Shown here: piece by piece, positions 20,141-27,424 of the stretch
Layout of the letters: every line of letters starts with the position of its first letter
Position numbering within the stretch: position 1 is the stretch's first letter
Origin: Macrostomum lignano
Taxonomy: Eukaryota
Length of the DNA stretch: 27,424 nucleotides
Reading direction: 5' to 3'
Assembly (NCBI GenBank): GCA_002269645.1
Contig: NIVC01003622.1
Location: 1-27,424 of the forward strand
Notes under the pieces: generated by a model
Databases searched by the model: none
The model's input: only the letters and a program-made list of their open reading frames with translations
What the model was told of the DNA's origin: nothing
Position numbers and translations under genes: made by a program

Positions 20141-23061
20141 ATGAAACGTAGAGCCTCCGGGGCTGAAAACAGACGCAAGAAAAAGCTTCGTCTTCTCGAG
20201 GAAAGCGCCAGAAGCACAGTAGGAATTAGCACTTTCCTGAGCAAAACTTCTGGGCATCCTGCTGCTAAATCTGGCGCCCCTGCTGCTGTTGAATCCGGCG
20301 CCCCTGCTGCTGTTGAATCCAGCGCCCCTGCTGCTGTTGAATCCGGCGCCCCTGCTGCTGTTGAATCCGGCGCCCCTGCTGCTGTTGAATCCGGCGCCCC
20401 TGCTGCTGTTGAATCCAGCGCCCCTGCTGCTGTTGAATCCGGCGCCCCTGCTGCTGCTGAATCCGGCGCCCCTGCTGCTGTTGAATCCAGCGCCCCTGCT
20501 GCTGCTGAATCCGGCGCCCCTGCTGCTGTTGAATCCGGCGCCCCTGCTGCTGTTGAATCCGGCGCCCCTGCTGCTGTTGAATCCGGCGCCCCTGCTGCTG
20601 TTGAATCCGGCGCCCCTGCTGCTGTTGAATCCGGCGCCCCTGCTGCTGTTGAATCCGGCGCCCCTGCTGCTGTTGAATCCGGCGCCCCTGCTGCTGTTGA
20701 ATCCGGCGCCCCTGCTGCTGCTGAATCCGGCGCCCCTGCTGCCAGAGCCCATGCTTCTACTGCTGATACTGGCAGGGGAATCTGCATGATCGACTTGGGT
20801 TTGCACGTTGCTGGTGGCCCTCTGAGTGAACACCTGAATGACCACATTCGTCTTAAGCTGCTTGACTCTGCCTGGTCGCCGTCAGCCAACTACTCAATGC
20901 CTTACTCTACGCGCATTGTAAAGGGCAAACCTGAAAAGCGCTATCTAAGACATGAGCACCTGCAGAAGCACAGCTTTCTAGCCTTCTCAGAAGCTCGATC
21001 TGGGCTTTTCTGTCGGTTCTGTGCGCTTTTTGGGCCAGCGTCTGGGGATGTACGCAACCAGCAGCTCGGCTTCCTAGTGTCAAAGCCCTTGAGTAGGTAC
21101 GACCGTCTGTTTGGTGCAAACGGCTGTCACCTCCCATGCAGCAACAGCGTATCACCAAGATGCTATGGCACGCGCGGCCACCTTCAAGCAGCAAGCAGCA
21201 GCTCGCATCGATGTGGTGAAGCAGCTGGACGAAGCGCGGCAACGACAGGCAGCAGAGAATCGAAATCGACTGCGGCCAATTGTGAAGACGCTGTTGCTCT
21301 GTGGAAGACAAAACATTCCACTTCGCGGTCACCGCGACGATGGCCCGCTTTCAAGTGGCAACTCTGACACGAGTGACGACAATTCGATGGTTTCAGGCAG
21401 CGGCAACTTTCGCGCTTTACTGCAGTTTCGTGTTGATGCTGGTGACGAAGCGTTGGAGAAGCATCTCAAGAATTCAGCAGCAAATGCAACGTACATCAGC
21501 AAGACAATTCAAAAGGAGCTCCTCGAAGCCGCTGGTTGCGTGATTCAGGAAACTCTGGCCACCAAAGTCAATGCAGCAAAATGTTTTTCTGTCCTCATGG
21601 ATGAGACGTGTGACAACTCGAAAAAGAAGCAGATGTCAGTTGCTGCATGCTCGGTACGTCGATGCTGACTGCACTCTCAGGGAAGATTTTCTCGGATTTG
21701 CTCATGTGACCGATCAGTCCGGCTCAGCACTCGCCGCTGCATTGTTCAGTTTTCTCGAGAAGTTGGGCATCAACTACCACCTACTCGTAGGTCAAGGCTA
21801 CGATGGAGCCGCTGCAATGCGGGGTGAGTTCAATGGAGTTCAGGCACATCTTCGGCAGAAGTGTCCAGCAGCGTACTAACATTCACTGCTCCAGTCACTG
21901 CCTAAACCTTGCACTCGTTCATGCCTGCAAACTGCCCCCAATTCGTAACGCAATGGGAGTTATAGGAGAAGTAACAAACTTCGTCAATTCATCGGCAAAG
22001 CGGCTTGAGCTCTTTCAAAGAGTTACATGTACAGCAAGTGGCTCGTGCAGAAGCCGTCGGCGGAAACTGCTAACCCTCTGCGATACTCGCTGGGTCGAGC
22101 GGAATGACGCCGTGCTCGTGTTTTCGCAGCTTTTCGCATCAATTGTGGAATTTCTTGATTTCTGCGAATCCGCCTCCGATCGCGATCCAAGAACTGCTGC
22201 CAAGGCGCAGATGCTGAAGGCCGCCTGCACAATGCCGAACTTCATCGTGGCGCTGCATATGATGGGCGAGGCAGTAATCCGGCCTCTGTCCAGCTTCCTT
22301 CAGAAAGTTAGTATCGATTTGTTTACAGCAAGCAAGCACATCGAGAACGTGCGTGTCACGCTGGAAAAGATGCAGGCAGAAGCCAGCACTGCCTTCAAAA
22401 GCATCTGGTCGTCAGCATCCGAAGCTGCAGCTGAAGCGGACGTAGAGCTGTGCATCCCTCGTCGTAGAGGCTGTCAGCAGGGGCGTGGTGCTAGCGAAGA
22501 CACGCCGGAGGAACACTTCCGTGCTGATGTGTACGAGCCATTCCTACAGCACATTCTGTCTCAGTTCCAGCAGCGCTTTGGGGACCAGGCCCAGCATGAT
22601 GCTTTTCTCCACTTAACATGTTTGCTTCCAAAGTACGTCCATTTATACGATGTCAAAGACTTCGAGCCTTTGACAGACTGTCGCAGTTCAGCAGCTTTTT
22701 AGACACCCATGCAGTTGTTAGGGGCGAGTTTGCCTGCTGGAAAAGTATTTGGGAAAGGTCAAAATCTGTGGCTGCAGCCGACACTGCGATTGAGGCGCTG
22801 GCTAACTGCAATGCTGCATTTTTCCCTAACATTTTCGCACTGCTGAAGATTGCTGCAACTTTACCTGTCTCAACTGCAACTGTTGAAAGATCTTTTTCTA
22901 GTTTGCGACGCTTCAAGTCGTATTTGCGTTCTACCATGCAGCAGGACAGACTTGTCAGCCTGGCTCTGTTGCACACCCACCCTGAGGTTGCAGTGACTGC
23001 GGATCAGGTGATTGATCGATTTTGCAGAAGTGGCTCACGCCGTAAAGACTTTGTTATTTGA
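20141..23061 (+). pseudogene. hAT-superfamily transposase (THAP12/P52rIPK- or ZMYM1-like; DUF4371-type plus C-terminal hAT dimerization region), frameshifted
   Basis: Five overlapping ORFs join into one protein with LFCRFC, NIPLRGHRD, GNFRALL, YISKTIQ, FSVLMDET, GQGYDGA, HCSSHCLNL, TRW and ERSFSSLRRFKSYLRSTMQQDRL. Four frame changes near 21128, 21645, 21878 and 22670. Confidence 0.92.
20270..20743 (+). repeat. In-frame 24-bp coding minisatellite (SGAPAAVE)x19.75 in the transposase N-terminus
   Basis: Unit tccggcgcccctgctgctgttgaa, frame-preserving. Confidence 0.98.
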
Positions 23062-23095
23062 ATTTTCACCCTTTCTGCAAGCATCCGTCTTTTTG

Positions 23096-23971
23096 CTAGC
23101 TATCACTTGCTAGCTATCACAACTAGCTATCACTTGCTAGCTATTACAACTAGCTATCACTTGCTAGCTACCACAACTAGCTATCACAACTAGCTATCAC
23201 TTGCTAGCTATCACTTGCTAGCTATCACAACTAGCTATCACTTGCTAGCTATCACAACTAGCTATCACTTGCTAGCTATCACAACTAGCTATCACTTGCT
23301 AGCTATCACAACTAGCTATCACTTGCTAGCTATCACAACTAGCTATCACTTGCTAGCTATCACAACTAGCCATCACTTGCTAGCTATCACAACTAGCTAT
23401 CACTTGCTAGCTATCACAACTAGCTATCACTTGCTAGCTATCACAACTAGCTATCACTTGCTAGCTATCACAACTAGCTATCACTTGCTAGCTATCACAA
23501 CTAGCTATCACTTGCTAGCTATCACAACTAGCTATCACTTGCTAGCTATCACAACTAGCTATCACTTGCTAGCTATCACAACTAGCTATCACTTGCTAGC
23601 TATCACAACTAGCTATCACTTGCTAGCTATCACAACTAGCCATCACTTGCTAGCTATCACAACTAGCTATCACTTGCTAGCTATCACAACTAGCTATCAC
23701 TTGCTAGCTATCACAACTAGCTATCACTTGCTAGCTATCACAACTAGCTATCACTTGCTAGCTATCACAACTAGCTATCACTTGCTAGCTATCACAACTA
23801 GCTATCACTTGCTAGCTATCACAACTAGCCATCACTTGCTAGCTATCACAACTAGCTATCACTTGCTAGCTATCACAACTAGCTATCACTTGCTACTATC
23901 ACAACTAGCTATCACTTGCTAGCTATCACAACTAGCTATCACTTGCTAGCTATCACAACTAGCTATCACTA
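23096..23971. repeat. 27-bp minisatellite (gctagctatcacaactagctatcactt)n, about 32 units
   Basis: Near-perfect; the unit is a dimer of a ctagctatcac sub-repeat. Confidence 0.98.
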
Positions 23972-24622
23972 CGAGCTGCGCGTGAATTTTTTATAAAGCT
24001 AGCTAAGTTAACAACTGGTCAATAAAGCTTGCATTGCGCGCAATTGCACCTTTTAATAAAGCTAACTATTCACATTTTATAGTCAATATGACAATATGTC
24101 TTTCTGGCTGACATTCAAGTAGTGCTAAACACATCACTTGAGACTTAGCTATTTAATCATTTTTCCGATTTGCTACACGCCTAGGCCTTAGGGCTACTTT
24201 CATTGCAGCTAAATGACAAACTTAAACTACCACACAGCAAGAAATTTACATTTTGTGTAAAGTCAATTAGCCATTTAATTTATATTGCTTCGCATGTCAA
24301 TAATTATCACAAAGGACATTGAGAAGAATATAGCTAAGGACTAAGGTGCTAGGTGCATATGGCGCCCCTCTAGCAGTAGTGCGCCCTTTGTCTGCCTGTC
24401 CGTCCCCACCGAAAGGAATCCTAGATCCGCCACTGCATGACACAAACGGGAGAGAAGCACTAATGATGTTTGCCCATCAAGCCTGCGCCCAGTGTCCGAT
24501 TTCTAAGAAACAGCAAAATCAAAAAGGATCAGATTTGTTTACAAAATTCGAAATCGCTTGGGAAATGGGATAAAATGTTGTTACATAGGAGATCAACTGA
24601 ACATGCGAATTAACTTTTACAC

Positions 24623-26290
24623 AGGGGAATCAAGTGTTAGACAGGGAATCAACTGTTAGACACAGGGAATCAAGTGTTAGACACAGGGAATCAAGTGTTA
24701 GACAGGGGGTTAACTGTTAGACACAGGGAATCAACTGTTAGACACACAGAATCAACTGTTAGACACAGGGAATCAAGTGTTAGACACAGGGAATCAACTG
24801 TTAGACACAGGCAATCAACTGTTAGACACAGGGAATCAAGTGTTAGACAGGGGGTTAACTGTTAGACACAGGGAATCAACTGTTAGACACAGGGAATCAA
24901 GTGTTAGACACACAGAATCAACTGTTAGACACAGGGAATCAAGTGTTAGACACAGGGAATCAACTGTTAGACACAGGGAATCAAGTGTTAGACAGGGGGT
25001 TAACTGTTAGACACAGGGAATCAACTGTTAGACACAGGGAATCAAGTGTTAGACACAGGGAATCAAGTGTTAGACACAGGGAATCAAGTGTTAGACACAC
25101 AGAATCAACTGTTAGACACAGGGAATCGACTGTTAGACACAGAGAATCAACTGTTAGACACACAGAATCAACTGTTAGACACAGGGAATCAACTGTTAGA
25201 CACAGGGAATCAACTGTTAGACACAGAGAATCAACTGTTAGACACAGGGAATCGACTGTTAGACACAGGGAATCAACTGTTAGACACAGGGAATCAACTG
25301 TTAGACACAGGGAATCAAGTGTTAGACACACAGAATCAACTGTTAGACACAGGGAATTAACTGTTAGACACAGGGAATCAAGTGTTAGACACAGGGAATC
25401 AAGTGTTAGACACAGGGAATCAACTGTTAGACACACAGAATCAACTGTTAGACACAGGGAATCAACTGTTAGACACCGGGAATCGACTTTTAGACACAGG
25501 GAATCAAGTGTTAGACAGGGGGTTAACTGTTAGACACAGGGAATCAAGTGTTAGACACAGGGAATCAACTGTTAGACACAGGGAATCAACTGTAAGACAC
25601 AGGGAATCAACTGTTAGACACACAGAATCAACTGTTAGACACAGGGAATCGACTGTTAGACACAGGGAATCAACTGTTAGACACAGGGAATCAACTGTTA
25701 GACACAGGGAATCAACTGTTAGACACAGGGAATCAACTGTTAGACACAGGGAATCAACTGTTAGACACAGGGAATCAACTGTTAGACACAGGGAATCAAC
25801 TGTTAGACACCGGGAATCAAGTGTTAGACACCGGGAATCAACTATTAGACACAGGGAATCGACTGTTAGACACAGGGAATCAAGTGTTAGACAGGGGGTT
25901 AACTGTTAGACACAGGGAATCAAGTGTTAGACACAGGGAATCAAGTGTTAGACACACAGAATCAACTGATAGACACAGGGAATCAACTGTTAGACACAGG
26001 GAATCAACTGTTAGACACCGGGAATCGACTTTTAGACACAGGGAATTAAGTGTTAGACACAGAGAATCAACTGTTAGACACCGGGAATCAAGTGTTAGAC
26101 ACAGGGAATCAACTGTTAGACACCGGGAATCAAGTGTTAGACACACAGAATCAACTGTTAGACACAGGGAATCGACTGTTAGACACAGGGAATCAACTGT
26201 TAGACACAGGGAATCAAGTGTTAGACACAGGGAATTAACTGTTAGACACAGGGAATCAAGTGTTAGACACAGGGAATCGACTGTTAGACA
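24623..26290. repeat. 21-bp minisatellite (gttagacacagggaatcaact)n, about 80 units
   Basis: Direct periodicity with a recurring shorter variant, gttagacagggggttaact. Confidence 0.98.
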
Positions 26291-26403
26291 GGTTACTATC
26301 TAGACAGCCGCAATGGCAGGAAAAGCGGCTGTGGAGTACCGCTATGCTTTATGAAAATATTTATTTATGACTGGCCCTGTCAGTCGGAGTGTCTGAGCAG
26401 CAC

Positions 26404-26455
26404 CTGCCGAGCTGGAACCGCAGTTCGAGTTGAAGCAGTTGCTAGGGATCGTAGG
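26404..26455 (-). CDS. Candidate upstream (ICL3) exon of the GPCR (LRSLATASTRTAVPARQ)
   Basis: ttcctgtag| acceptor, CAG|gtgctg donor. Gives ...ARQ|VVKML, a plausible TM6 lead-in. The donor is weak and there is no strong homology. Confidence 0.35.
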
Positions 26456-26744
26456 CTACAGGAAGTTCAACTGCACAAACTCATGCCTGCCTAGCGCGTA
26501 TGCATGCACAAATATTTGGACAAAAGTGCAAGCGCTTGCTGCAATGTGAACAAATTCGAAAATCCGATTACAGGTTGCTGCAAAGCTCGGCAGTTTGCCA
26601 TCTTCCTTGAGTCACCCCGACTCCAGAACGTCTTATCGGAGCCTTCCATGGCCCAATGTTCTGTGACGCAGCTGGGCAGTGCAAACAGGGGGTGGGAGAT
26701 CGAGGCTGCGAGGGGGAGTGAGGGAGCAGCTGGTGCTACCCAAG

Positions 26745-27378
26745 AGGGAATTCGGGGAATTCAGGGGGGGTCTGGGGAATCATAGGGAGGGAATTAGGGA
26801 TCAGAGGAAGGGAATTGGGGGAATCAAAGGGAGGGAATCGGGGGATTCAGAGGAGGAATGGGGGAATCTGGGGGAGGGAATTGGGGGAATCAGAGTGAGA
26901 TAATCGGAGGAATCAGAGTGAGGGAGTCAAGGGAATCAGATCGAGGGAATCGGGGGAATCAGAGTGAGGGAGTTGGGGAATCAGATTGAGGGAATCGGGG
27001 GTCAGATTGAGGGAATCGGGGGAATCAGAGGAGGGAATCAGGGGAATCAGAGGGAGGGAATTGGGGGCATCAGAGGAGAGAATTGGGGAATCAGAGGGAG
27101 GGAATTGGGGAATCAGAGGAGAGAATTGGGGGAATCAGAGGGAGGGAATTGGGGGAATCAGAGGGAGGGAATTGATGGAATCAGAGGGAGGGAATTAGGG
27201 AATCAAGAGGAGGAATTAGGGGAAATCAGAGGAGGGAATTGGGGAATCAGAGGGAGGGAATTGGGGGAATCAGAGGGAGGGAATTAGGGGAATCAGAGGG
27301 AGGGAATTAGGGAATCAGAGGGAGGGAATTAGGGGAATCAGAGGGAGGGAATTGGGAATCAGAGGGAATTAAGGAATT
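26745..27378. repeat. G-rich repeat of about 24 bp (gggaattgggggaatcagagggag)n
   Basis: Degenerate, becoming more regular toward the 3' end. Confidence 0.93.
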
Positions 27379-27424
27379 CATTGAGATGTTAATCTATCAA
27401 GCAAGTCAGGAATGAAACCAAGAG

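Larger units (their letters stand above)
20141..24435 (+). mobile_element. Decayed hAT DNA transposon inserted in a GPCR intron (left end not defined)
   Basis: Transposase plus an inward-pointing end at 24420-24435 (reverse complement CAGTGGCGGATCTAGG) of hAT TIR type. No matching left TIR or TSD was found. Confidence 0.6.

Noticed and set aside
21111-22702. Programmed frameshifting or tiny introns linking the transposase ORFs
   Set aside because: No slippery heptamers or GT-AG pairs were seen at the junctions, and simple indels explain them.
23215-26303. Long periodic ORFs (LAITTSYHL)n, (TVRHRES)n and (LDTGNQL)n
   Set aside because: Translations of the 27- and 21-bp arrays.
26572-26705. 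Possible additional GPCR exon on the - strand (ctccccctcgcag| ... CT|gtaatc, phase compatible with 26455)
   Set aside because: The splice sites and frame are possible, but the peptide has no GPCR similarity, so support is too weak to call.

Overview
Eukaryotic (animal) genomic DNA, not prokaryotic. Three main elements are present. (1) A spliced, apparently intact calcium/calmodulin-dependent cyclic-nucleotide phosphodiesterase (PDE1 family) gene lies on the + strand. Exons from 4501 to the stop at 14402 join in frame through GT-AG introns, and the 5' exons (about 2.0-4.4 kb) are less certain. (2) The 3' part of a convergent thyrotropin-releasing-hormone-receptor-like GPCR gene lies on the - strand (TM6-TM7 exon 19517-19748, C-tail exon 18008-18189). 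(3) A frameshifted hAT-superfamily (THAP12/ZMYM1-like) transposase at 20141-23061 sits in a GPCR intron, antisense to it. Most of the remaining sequence is tandem repeat: about 20 different mini- or microsatellite families, with most longer introns carrying their own family. Nearly all long ORFs in the supplied track are repeat artefacts. The most notable observations are: an intron filled with consensus 5' splice-site units; an intron filled with 3' splice-site-like units; a 58-bp inverted copy of a PDE1 catalytic exon in the gene's probable 3' UTR; a coding minisatellite inside the transposase; and a possible acylated PDE1 N-terminus. The architecture resembles what I recall for minisatellite-rich flatworm (Macrostomum-type) genomes, but the species cannot be established from sequence alone.
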